In this document: one piece after another, positions 1-11,800 of the stretch | Layout: every line of letters begins with the position of its first letter | Numbering within the stretch: position 1 is the stretch's first letter | NCBI GenBank assembly: GCA_002633005.1 | Contig: NMRA01000584.1 | Span: 1-64,000, forward strand | DNA: 64,000 nt | DNA from: Phoronis australis | Taxonomy: Eukaryota; Animalia; Phoronida | Direction: 5' to 3' | Position numbers and translations under genes: made by a program | Notes under the pieces: model-generated | The model's input: the letters and a program-made list of their open reading frames with translations, nothing else | What the model was told of the DNA's origin: nothing | Database searches by the model: none

Positions 1-518
1 TCGAGAATGCTATTGAAGCTCAACAGATTCTGGATAAACTCTCAAGCATTGTCACGGCCTACGGTATGCAATTTGCTCCTGAGAAGTGTAAATTCATGGT
101 GCAGGATGTCTCCGAACCGGTTGTTTCTATCAGCATCGGAAATCAACAGTTAGAATCAGTGGACCAGTTCACCTATCTTGGAAGTTGCATCAGCAATACC
201 GGTCACGGAAAATGCGAAATCGACAATCGGATTGCGAAAGCTAGAGCAGCTTTTGCAAACCTTCATCATCTGTGGCGACAACGTCGGATATCCCTCAAAT
301 TGAAAGGACGTGTCTACAATGCGACGGTACGACGTGTTTTGCTCTACGGCTCAGAAACCTGGCCTCTTCGTATGGAGGACTTCAAGCGTCTGGAAACATT
401 CGATCATCACTGTCTTCGTAGAATCGCTCGCATCGGATGGAGTCGTCATCTTTCAAACGTCAATGTTCGGAAACTGATCTATGGAAGCGGAAAGGAGGCG
501 GAGCATCGACAGCTCTAA
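1..518 (+). mobile_element. RTE-clade non-LTR retrotransposon fragment (end of RT plus C-terminal region), inside a CCZ1 intron, antisense to the host
   Basis: The ORF carries motifs typical of RTE/BovB-like ORF2 after the RT core: LESVDQFTYLGS, EIDNRIAKARAAF, KGRVYNATVRRVLLYGSETW, FDHHCLRRI. The frame is open from the window start and ends abruptly at 518. Confidence 0.88.
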
Positions 519-1144
519 AGAAGTCAAAAGTCAATGTGCTTGATACTGAAAAGGAATGATAGAATGGCCATTCATTTAGTTCAGTAGGTGACAATGACTC
601 ACTAGATATTCTTGGTTTTTGGTTAACCTATCATCAATAAGAAAGTAAGCACAAGTGCTGTTACATCCACAGTCCAACATATTCAATATGTACACCAATC
701 ATAACAATCAATGATTCAATGGACTTAATAATTCATTATCTTTACAGCAAAACTGACAATCACAAGACTGGTGAAATGTAAGTAAATCAGAAAACAATCG
801 TAACACATGCGTTGCAAGTAGAGAGAGAAAGACACGAATAGAAAGCACACTGCAGAAGGCTGGTGGTTCCATAGGTATGATACAATGCACCTCATTCTAT
901 ACAGATGCTGTTTAGCACGTGATTTCACTGGATAAACCTATCAGTATTGATAGTCTTATGTCATTCATATCTCAACCATGAACGACAGTATTACACCAAC
1001 TGATGTTGTAACCAGACAATAAAATTAATGTGCCCCTTGACAGTCAGTCTTTTAGAAATACCTGGTACCAACACTTTATTTTCTCATGTCCCTAAAACAA
1101 TTTGCACATCATTAGAACAAGTCATCGCTACATTGTACACTTAC

Positions 1145-4100
1145 CGTCTACAAGCATACATATCGTAGCACTTAGTGCCCTGTAAACCACTAGGTGACAC
1201 TCATCATGTGTCGTGTCTATGTTGACGAAAACCCGTGGGACTTTACCTAGGTGTGTTGTGTTCTTCAAGTCTGGTGGGCCCGTCATGAATCTGAAGTAAA
1301 ATACAACTACCAAACTAATAGCGTCCTACAAATCTGTTTGATCACAATCAAAAACTTGGTTGCAATTATCCAGTATTGAAGTATGATAAAAAGTCTACAG
1401 CTTGTGACTGTGAAAAAAAATATGATTTTGCTCATAGTCAGGGCATACATCAAATTTCAGAAGCAGGCAAAATTGGATGTCCCAAGTTAAAAAATTATCA
1501 ACAGCCACAAAAATATCATCATCCTTGATGTTACGCAATATAGGACACATGGTAATTTTATGAAATGCCAAGTCTACTTTCAGACTCTATTGACACAAAA
1601 TGCAGTGTCCAGTATTTGAGAAATATGATGCATATCAAAATCGTTTAAGTCTCAATCATTAAAATACAAAATTCAATTTCAGGTTGAATTTGTGCCAAAT
1701 TTTAAAGATTGTTCCAAATTGTATTTTTACTGCAATCATTTCTTAGTGGTACAAAAGAATTATATTCAGATCAATGCTTATTGGCAAAAATTTAGCAATT
1801 TACAGAGTGTCTCCTTCTAACCTTGTTTGACTAAGTCTACCATCTTATTCATATTGGTAACATGATTAATGCCAAATGGTAGACACTGGCAAATTCAGTG
1901 GTTTAATGAAGTCCACGTGAAAAGGCACAGTATTGCTTTGCTAAAAAATGATTGAGACAATAAGAATGTATTCACGGTATATTTGTCAAATGGGCAGCAA
2001 TGATGCAGCGCCCGTACACCTGGAGGATGGCAAGGCCACCTGCCTACAACAGCCATGTAGACCTTGTGCTCTTAACGCCCCACCGCTGTTTTACAACAAA
2101 ATATTCACAAACTGTATTGTATAAGATCACGCCATCATGTAATACTGCCCGTGCACTTGGATAAAGGACTCACTTTCCATAATGTGCTCCTACAGTGGAC
2201 GTCCTGTTGGTGACTGAACCATGAAACTCTTGATCCATGTAGTTTGGAAACAAACTTGTGACTAAGTACCTATACATGATACGCATGTCGTCCTGCTCCA
2301 AACCACTCCTAGTAAATACACAATAGAAACCCGTGTATTATTTTTATGCATATAGTACGGGATATGTAAACTTCGTGAAGAGTGAAAACTGAAAGTCTCA
2401 ACTGAAAAATATCAAGGGACACAAGGACTGAACGTAAAAATGAAGCTGAAAAATATCGTTGTAATTTACTGTGTACTAGTAATGACTCACCAGACCAACT
2501 GGTCATTATAGAGGAAGGCTGTGTACTTGATGTCAGGAAAGTCAGCTTCTAGGTGATTAATCAAGCACTGTGTCCTCAGATACATATTCTTGTCTAGAGG
2601 TAGGAAGCTGATGCCCGAGTGAATGTCTAAGATATCACACTGGTTCAACTTTATGGTAAGTAAATACTAGAAAAGATAATTAATGCAAAATCTTCAGTTC
2701 AACTCTTTTTACTTTCATGTAAAGACCTTCTGTTTTAAAACACTAGTGCAACAAATAACACCTCACATCTGACATGTAAAATTGAAACTCAGGAATTCAT
2801 AATGAGGTAACAGCATCACAGTTACTCATGACTTAACCTTGACTCAATAATACAAAAAATTACTGTCAGACTTTGGCATATCTAAAGAACAGTCGTGAAG
2901 TGCCAGCAGAACCAACAATTCAAAACTAATTAGAGCTGTTCCTAGTCTACCTATATCCCTTGCACACTTACCCTGGAGAAAAAATGGTCCAGTCTTTGAA
3001 TCAGGCTGTTTACATTCCCTTTATTTACAATGCAGAGGAAACTTCCCATAAATAACTGAAATGAAGAAACAGACACCAAACCATTTAGTATTGAGCACAG
3101 GAGGGCAAATTTCAAACAAAGAAACAAAGATAACTATGACAAATCTTCCAATAGCACACACAACAGAATTCAGCAAACCATTAAACAACAGCAGCATTTA
3201 TATGCACGCCTCAAGCATCGCATGTGGAGCAAAGAATGATCATTATACTAAATATTCCCACTAGAGGGAGCAATGCTATTAAACTTAAAATAGCCTCTGC
3301 TGGGTGCAAAGCAAGTCAGCAATGTTCTCTTCAACAGAAAAAAGCTGTCACCTTTCATCATGATTCTTCACACAACAAAGAACTTTACAAAAAAGGTCAA
3401 TAGAGGGAATGACGTAGATCAAGTCAGTCTTAAACAGGCTTGTGCTGTAATAAACATGATAATAACTTATTTGCCAAATTTCACGTACATGTAACAAGCA
3501 ACGTAATGGATATCTAGACAAAGGCAAAGAAAAACAAATTTGCCACTAGAGCACTCTGCAGTGGTCAGATTTTAGAATATTTCATTAAGATCCGTCAAGC
3601 AACAGGCAAAAAACAAAACTGCCACTAAAAGATGCCACAGCAGTTGAAAATAATCATCTGCATGTATTTCCCAGAAGAAACACACGCCAGTTTTTATGAT
3701 ACTTACAGTGGTTTCGCCGATAGAGAAGTAGATGCAAAAAGCTTGAAAACATATTAAAAATGGCCAAAGGATGACGTAAACAATAAGTCAAATCGATCCG
3801 AAAATGAGGTATTATCATCTCTTTAATAGAGACCTACTTACCAAATTTCATGAAATGCCGTTTAGAAACTTCAAAGATATAGAAGAAAACATAGGAAATA
3901 AAAGTACCACTAGGGGGCACAACGTATTCAGAAACGTTCAAAAGTCGTTGTCATTCCTTATCACGTTCATAGACATACACTTGTCAATTTTCACAAAGAT
4001 CCTACAGAGGTTTAGATGAAACAATTGCAGACACAAACCAACAACACTGAAGGTCTTTGGAGATACAGCAGTGGAGGTCAGACAGAGAAGGATGACGACA

Positions 4101-6953
4101 CAATGTACCACACATATAAATGTGTGGGTGCATAAAAAATCTGATAAAAACAGATCAGTCACGCAATACATGCCAGATCAGTTTTAATGTTATGCAAAAC
4201 TGTACTGGTTTACAATAAACCTTAATGTATCTTGAAAATGGCAAGTTGTGCCCTTCAAAAGAGAATATTTATCCGTAGCTTTACTAACATGAGGCACAGT
4301 GTGATGTAGTGACAGTAATGCTCATACTCATACTACCATACAAAAGCTTAGCAACACACTTACTCTAAACATGTAATAACTTTGTTTCAAAACAGCTTCA
4401 AACACACAGTCTTGCACATCCTCGTCATGGTACTCAAAGTACACCTGACCTTCTTTATTTTTCTGACTACAAGGAATGCTGACTGTCTGAAAATGAAAAC
4501 AGTTAAACATTTTTATGCACACTGAGGTAATTACAGTTTCAAAGACAACAAAATGACACCAAAGAGTGATTTTTCATTGCAACTACTAATCCACTTACCA
4601 TAACCACCCAAAAATCCTGTTCTGGGTTGTAGAACAATTGCCTGTGTTTCTGAGTATGAAGTGACTGACACGGCTGGTCAGAAAACGTCCTACAACGAAG
4701 AGAGATTATGGAGTGAGTTGCTAAAGAGAAACGGCTCATCGTAAACAATTACAAACCACTTTAATTTGATCATCCAATTGACAGTTTTGTACCAAAAGAA
4801 TATTGGAAAATAACACTGGCTTCATATAACAACATAATTTGAAAAGAATAATTGTAAATTAACAAAACTAGAGAACATAACTCACTCGGCAAACTTAATG
4901 AGAGCTTCACACAGTCCTACATTCTTGATTTTTGTGTCTACATCAGTATCTCTTGGAAAGTAGTAAAGTATCTTCTGTTCTTCCTGAAAAATTCGAGAAA
5001 CAATTTGACATAATCATCAAGTGAGCCAATACAACTTATTATTTTATATAACTTGGTCATGTGTTAGCAATCTACAAAACAAAAGAACAGAGAGCAATAC
5101 AATTTGTGATTCACAAAGTCATTTTGGGTTTCATTCATTGAAATGTACAAGCAAGTCAACAATTGTGGCTTAAACAAAGCCATTGTGCATCTGGGATGTA
5201 GTTTGAGGACAGCAGTGACGTTGGTCTGAGTGATGTCGAAGTAGAAGAATACTTGTCACTGATTCTTCAATCAACTTTTCTTTTTCCACAATGTTGAGAA
5301 TAGCTCACAACTAGAATTGGTTTCTTTTCGTTAGGCTAAAACAGTAGCATAATATTGCTTCTGGTCTGCACTCGACTCATTTTGAAACCTGCGCCTCAAG
5401 AATAACGTCAGGTGGCCATAGAATCATACGCATGAACATCGCATTTTACGCACGAACCACCTACAAAACCTATGAATCATGCACACAAACTCATGACTCA
5501 TGGATACAAACCCAAAAATTATGCAAACGAACAAAAATCATGCGCACGAGCATCGAATCACAAACTTGAACACTTTATCGTTTGGTTGTTCGTGCGGATG
5601 ATTCGGATGATTGTGCATATGATGTTTGTTCGTATGCATGATTTTTGGGTTTGTATGCACCATTCATTGGTTTGGATGCATGATTCATTGGTTTGGATGC
5701 ATGATTCATTGGTTTGGATGCATGATTCATTGGTTTGTATGCATGATTCATTGGTTTGTATGCATGATTCATTGGTTTGGATGCATGATTCATTGGTTTG
5801 TATGCATGATTCATTGGTTTGGACGCATGATTCATTGGTTTGGATGCATGATTCATTGGTTCGTAGGTGGCTCGTGCATAGGATTCTGATGCTTGTGCGT
5901 ATGATTCTATGGTACCCCTGAAATATGTAGAACTTAAAACAAATCAATTTAAAAATTCACAACTGTCATCAGAAACAATCCTGCCAATTTTTGACCCATA
6001 GCACTTACTTTTTAGAATTTAATTACCAGCAAACTGAATTTCTGAGCAATTTGTGCTTCACTGAAATTGTCACCATCTCCCGAATGATGTTGCAAAAATT
6101 CAAACAAATGATACGTGAACAGCATATAGTTTTAGAGCTGCCAAGAACCTTTTCTTCTGTCACAAAAGTGAGAAATTGATTGCTCTTATAGTGTGCTATG
6201 TTATTGCGCAGACATGGGTCTTCAATACAGTTTATCACATTTTGCATATCCTTTTAACAAACTCTTTTATTCTGGACAGGCCAATGAGCCGCCAGGGATG
6301 CCATTGCATACTTTACTTAAGCTAAGCATTCAAATGCAAAACAGTGCCTCATGGCTAGGCCTAGGGTATTTGAATTTGAGCCGGGAGTTCAGTTGGATGC
6401 CATGTGTGCCTGATGGATGAAAGACTGCATCTGATGTTTGAACGCTCTACAGTACATAAATTTCCATCTGCTACGAAGAAGCCTAACATACATCTGAGGG
6501 TTTGGGGAGTCGCAGCTTAGTTGGGCATGAATTTGAAAAGTACACTAATACCAAGATTTGAATTGCGCATCGAAACCGATTGGCTAATAAGCAATTGCAA
6601 TTATTTGGAGAAGCTTTACTGAATTGATGTACATCAAAACCAGTCACATGGACATGGTACGACTGGTTTGAGTGCTTGGCTCACATGCCGGATATACTGG
6701 GTTTAAGTCTCGGTATTGATGGATTTTTCAACACTCAACACAGAACACAACATAATGTCAGATAAACGAAGATTCATGGTCAGAGAACAGTCACAGTCAC
6801 TGTCACTATCTGTCTGTCAGTGTCAGACGACCAATGAGTGACTGACAGTGACACTCAGTGACAGTGTTAGTTTACCTGTCCTTCTTTAGGTCCATAGGTC
6901 GGATTGAAGACAAAAAAATTAACCAGAGATATTGGATTCGGTGACGACGTCAT
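1145..6953 (-). CDS. CCZ1: Vacuolar fusion protein CCZ1 (Mon1-Ccz1 Rab7 GEF subunit), 5' eight coding exons; 3' end not found in the window
   Basis: Phase-consistent GT-AG exons: 6876-6953 (MTSSPNPISLVNFFVFNPTYGPKEGQ), 4886-4983 (EEQKILYYFP..KIKNVGLCEALIKF), 4599-4689 (TFSDQPCQSLHTQKHRQLF), 4364-4486, 2972-3055, 2491-2666 (SGISFLPLDK..KYTAFLYNDQLVW), 2174-2308 (SGLEQDDMRIMYRYL), 1145-1290 (FMTGP..HLVVYRALSA). These match remembered human CCZ1 motifs (FFIYNPRFGPREGQEE, NVGLCEAI, SLHTQK, WSGLEQDDMR). Confidence 0.93.
3250..3960 (-). repeat. Degenerate copy of the central-repeat family of the Helentron-like element at 16152-19095, in opposite orientation
   Basis: Recurrent CCACTAG(A/G)GGG-type motifs (about 3258, 3543, 3907) and ccaaatttcatgaaa segments that are reverse complements of units in 16152-19095. 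Confidence 0.6.
5415..5915. mobile_element. Foldback-like palindromic element whose right arm is expanded by a 21-bp minisatellite (~10 copies of ATGCATGATTCATTGGTTTGK)
   Basis: Left end ccatagaatcatacgca is the reverse complement of right end tgcgtatgattctatgg. Inner segments 5500-5560 and 5600-5660 are also inverted. The tandem 21-mers lie at about 5655-5860. Confidence 0.75.
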
Positions 6954-7411
6954 ACTCGCTACACCCGAAAAAATGTGAAGTTAAATGAAACTACAGTCAG
7001 ACCCATTCATTTGCAGTACCCAGAGCTGGGATCCAGAAACTCAATTTTATCCAGCAAGCAATTGCGGAAGTTGGTATCGCCATCTAGCAGACGTACAACA
7101 ACTCTCTGGACAAATATTTTTCAACAAAAATATATATACACATAATAAAACACTGTGATATTTACTTTCAATGATTTTTGAAATGATATGATATTAAATT
7201 AAATCTGAAAATTCTAAGACGTTAAATGGCGATGCTTCTCGTGTATTCGCGCTAAGCGATATTTTCACTCTGGGTGCAGACCAACATGATGACATGTTAG
7301 TCTGCTATTTCTTTACTGTTTGCCAATGTAATTTTACGACTTACATTCTTTAAACTAGGCTGCTCTAGTGTCACACGATACTTTTGTTCCCTATCGTTTG
7401 TTCGGACGACA
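6954..7411. promoter_or_regulatory. Putative bidirectional promoter between CCZ1 and staufen, including a candidate non-coding staufen first exon
   Basis: CCZ1 ATG at 6953 (-). Candidate + strand donor A|GTAAGT at 7411/7412. ETS-like GCGGAAGT at 7064, CTCF-like CGCCATCTAGCAG at 7078, YY1-like AAATGGCG at 7224. Confidence 0.5.
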
Positions 7412-8009
7412 GTAAGTTAACAGGTTTGTAGAGTTTGTTTCAGAAAAACATCTTGATTTTTTGTGTTTTGAAGCTGCTGGCTAACAGAGTAGCGTGTCTG
7501 ATTAGACAATGCAATCGTCTCAACTGGCCTCAGTAGAGACGGTGGCCCTCCATACTCTGGATGCTTTTTAGCAAATACTCCCATAAATAATCTTTTTTTT
7601 TCAAGCAATCCTTCGTTCAGGTGCTCAAATCTGTAACTGGCCATTTTTTACACTGCTCATATCAGGGCAGTTGAGAGAAGCACTGTTCGAAAAACTTAAG
7701 TTAAAAGTGATTGATTGTGGGAGTATTTGTTCGAGCTGTTGTTACATTTGTACAGCCATATTATAAAACCTCTGACCTCTCTTAATCACTTGCCAAGAGG
7801 CAATTCCCTCTTGGCTATATGACAGGTAACCCTGGTCCCTGGTTCAAGAATGAAAAGACATCAATGGCCTCCTAAGCCTAGGTGCATGTCTCTATTAATT
7901 CAGAGGTACTTAAGCAATATGATGGTTTAATCAGTGTGAGGCATAATGAAGGCATTTGTCAGAAACATGCTAGAGTCGCAATAAACTTGTGTTACTACAA
8001 AAAATCTCT

Positions 8010-8475
8010 AGTCTGGGACAGTTTTTAAAATTTGGAAGAAAGAAATGCCATCCAAACTTGAAAGGCATTGAGTCAGAAAATTGGCACTCAAAGAGATTGT
8101 GGCATTCCAACATAGTTCTTAAAGATTGGAACTTAGTTTTATATCAACAGTGTTACAATAAATTTTTGGGCATTGGTAGGATAAAGCGGTCCCTGATTTT
8201 GAGAACCAGTTTCATCCACTGAATAATGGGCCCGTTATTCAGTGATTGCCTGGTTCTCAAAATCATGGACCGATATATCCAACCAGGGCCAATTTTCTGA
8301 CTGGTGACGCGTTACTAAGTATAACCACAAAATTGAAACCTATAACTGATACCGTTCCACATTATTTTTAAAAATGTCATGTGTAGGTAATTTCAACATT
8401 TCCCATGTAATTCTTCAATCTGGGACTGCCAATATTGTCTATTTCTAAAATTTGATAAAAGCTCTGTCCTGGAGG
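8010..8475. mobile_element. Palindromic MITE-like element
   Basis: Central hairpin ggtccctgattttgagaaccag...cactgaataatgggcccgttattcagtg...ctggttctcaaaatcatggacc (about 8188-8270), with degenerate inverted arms extending outward. Confidence 0.55.
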
Positions 8476-8805
8476 GGGGGGGAAGTAATTAATGTTCACT
8501 GTACCAAACTGGGGAATTATTACAATAGTCTGTTACATAGATGAGGACTTCTGGTACCCCTCACAATAGTCTGTTACATAGATGAGGACTTCTGGTAGCC
8601 CTCACTGTATCACCTAGGTTTTGTGCTGAGGCCTCACTAAGTATGGCAGTATTAGTTGTGCATATTGCATTGGTATTAATGTGACGTTGGTTATGTGTCA
8701 TATTGGCTCTTGTACATGGGATTAGAGCAGTTATGAAGCTAGGATTATAAATACTGTCATTACTTGAAGTCATCGATGCAACGTGGCTCTGTCCTTTTCA
8801 GCAGA

Positions 8806-11800
8806 ATGGCTCAAGTTTCCAGTGCTACTGAAAGTCAAGTACAGCCGCCAGGTACTGTGCAGACAACTGTTTTTATTTCTTGTTAGTAATCAATGGGTTT
8901 TCTTCATTTCCTTACCTATCTAATGTACTGCAAATAACCTAAACCGTTGGTGTTTTCAGAGAGTTTACAAAGCCACTGAAGCTGAAGATACATAACAAAA
9001 ATAGTTGATTTTAAAGTCAAAAGTACAAAATTTGTAGTCAAGGAGAACATGTTTTACTTGTCTACTATAATGTTCAACGGTATAAACTTATTTGACAGGC
9101 ATTTCACCAAGACCTGCTGTGGGTTGCCAGGTAGCTAGTGCGCAAGTTGACCCAAAGGCACTCTCCCCCGGTGTGCTGACTCCACCCACTATTACCCCTC
9201 AAGCAGGACTTGTTGCCAATGGTAAATGGTCAATATGATGCATCAATCAAGTTTTGCAAGCAACAAACAATCATATTCTTAAACATGCATATCGTTCTGC
9301 CTAAGTTATTGAAAAGTTTCTTAGGAGTCACTGCATGAGAAAGGCAGGTAAAATCTTGTAACGCGACCTGTCACAAAATTGATTCTTCTTGTATGCAATT
9401 GCTTCATGTGTTGGATCTATCTTCGAAAATGAAATTGGAAATATTCATGGGCATTTCGGCACACAGGAAGGATGTTTTGCTATATTTCAGCTAAAAGCGT
9501 GCAGTGTAGTAGTGACTGAAGCTGTTCTTTAGCATCTAGTGTTCTTACAGTTCTTTGTTACAAAACTAACGACTGTTTGAGCTTGACCATTTCAACAGGG
9601 GAGACTGTCACCTTGACAGTCCTAGTTCTAAAGCAGTCTAGCAGGGGGTTTTGCTTGCTTCTTCATTTCATTGTCTCTCAAACCAAAATTGTTTCTGGCT
9701 GTCATTTTTGTTTTCATTGGCTCATGCAAACATTTTTATCCAAAAAATTTGCGTGGTCTAGACCATCTACCTTTCAGTTGTCATAGCAACTCACTGTAAT
9801 GAAGTGCATGATGCAGAACTACTAGGGAAAGTCAAAGATGTGAACCCTTCTTGGAAATTAAATGCTGGGTTTGCACTTTCTCATGAACTTGGCCATTTTT
9901 TCTACACAAATCTCAAACACTTTTGGAATTTTGCTTCACTTAAGCCCAACGGGTCAAGTAAATTTGCGTACTTTTTTCCATCCCTTCCAAGTTTTTTAGT
10001 ATTTTCAATACCTCTTCGTTCATAATTCTTGTGTTTTCTCTGTGGTTTTGTTATTTCATTTTTCCCCTTAGGTGAGTAAAATGGCAACGATCCTAAACTC
10101 ACCTGCTCTGATATGTCCCAAATCTGTGTGCTCTGGCTTTCCAAGAAACGGCAAATTTTCACTCTATCCAAGCATACAAACTAAGTCATATGCCTACAAA
10201 TTCATTTGTCATGTTCCCACTTTTGCCGGACTTTCTTGTTCAGTGAGTCTTTAAACTGCATGAAATTTGACGAAACTGCACAGAAGTGGAAGTTAAGTGG
10301 AAATTTACAAAATATCCCTATGACAACATTTGTTACACTGTAACACGTACAACCAAAAAGTTATTGGTCTGTTATTTTCAGGTTCGAATCAAGAGCCAAA
10401 CCAGTCCGACATGGCAAACACAAAAGAGAAAACCCCGATGTGTCTCATCAATGAACTGGCTCGTTATAATAAGGTTAATCTATGACAGCAGTTTTCTCTT
10501 GTGAAAGTTACGGATATTGCTCGATAGTTACTATATGCATTTAGTATAATTCTTTACAGTTATCCAGGGGTAGGGAGGGTGTTTATATAATAACCTGGTT
10601 TGAACAGGTGAAATCCAAAGTACTAGGCATTGTAAGGGTGAAGTAGATATAATGTGCTTGCAAAACCAAAGAAGCTGAATGTATCGAAGTAAGAACCTTG
10701 TTATCAACAGGGATGTATCGCTGGGCCCCAGTTATCAGTGCTTTAGTGGGGCGTAGGCACAGCCAACCACCTTTTGGTATTTAAACCTAGCGCCTACACA
10801 CCGTAAGTTACATTATAGTGCGAATTCAGTACACTTTTAAAATTCAGTGCTCAAGTTGATGCAGTGGGCATTGAGTGCCAGCACTGCCAGGTTTACAGTG
10901 CACACGAAAAGTTGGATGAAATGACATTTAATTCCCAATCAAGACTATAGTGCAAATGGGAATCAGTGTCACGTTGACTGAGTGCAAGTTGACTTTATCA
11001 TCAGAGTGGCTCGAATGATCCAGCTCTGTCGTAACGGGAGAAACGTTTTTTCTAATTGTTTCCAGTGTGTATTGTATGATCGAATCATCCATGCTCATTC
11101 AAGACATTAAAGCGGAGAAATCTTTTCTATGATCACGACCTTTATACTCCAGATCCAGCATACTTATGCCCTGACAGATGAAAAAGGACCTGCCCATAAA
11201 AAAGAATTCTTTGTCAAACTGAGACTTGGCGACGAGGAGTATGCTGCCCAGGGTGCCAGTATTAAGAAAGCTCAGCATGCTGCTGCCCGCAGTGCAATGG
11301 CAGAAACCAAGTATTCTAAGCCTGTACCCAGAGTAAAGCGCAGACCTGATGCATGTATGTGTTCTAAGTTTGTTTAGTAGTCTTTCTTGTGATAGTGCAA
11401 CTCATCATCCATGCCTTTCTTCACAGTCGTTAGTGACGTGTTGGTCACCACATCATGGTTCAAGAGATACTAAACTTTGTTTTNTCAACTGGAGCAGTAT
11501 CTTAATGTCTTTGGATGAAAACATTTTCTTTAAATTATCGTAGGTGGAGTTGGCAAATTCTGCCCCTCAGTTTAAGAGCACATAGTCGTACTATAAGGCT
11601 TGATGATAAAGGCAGCCAAGATGTCTTTACATAGTGCTACACTATATCTGGCAATATTCTGTTTAACTTGCTACTATGTAAGCTTTGTGTTGAAGAAATC
11701 CATGGTTGAATTTGAGTTGAGTATCCCAAATTGTAGTCTTATTGTGATTCAACTCCAGACTGTAATGTCAGTAGGATTCTACCCTAAAGTGTAATGTCAT

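Noticed and set aside
5165-5262. Possible extra CCZ1 exon on the minus strand (Ser/Thr-rich frame)
   Set aside because: Exons 6876-6953 and 4886-4983 already join in phase and match CCZ1 contiguously; no good donor.
5472-5947. Four overlapping repetitive ORFs (MHDSLVW / CIQTNES repeats)
   Set aside because: By-products of a 21-bp stop-free minisatellite inside a CCZ1 intron; no gene structure.
6650-6720. tRNA-like sequence (A/B-box-like remnants)
   Set aside because: Too degenerate to fold as a tRNA; at most an old SINE head, so not reported as a feature.
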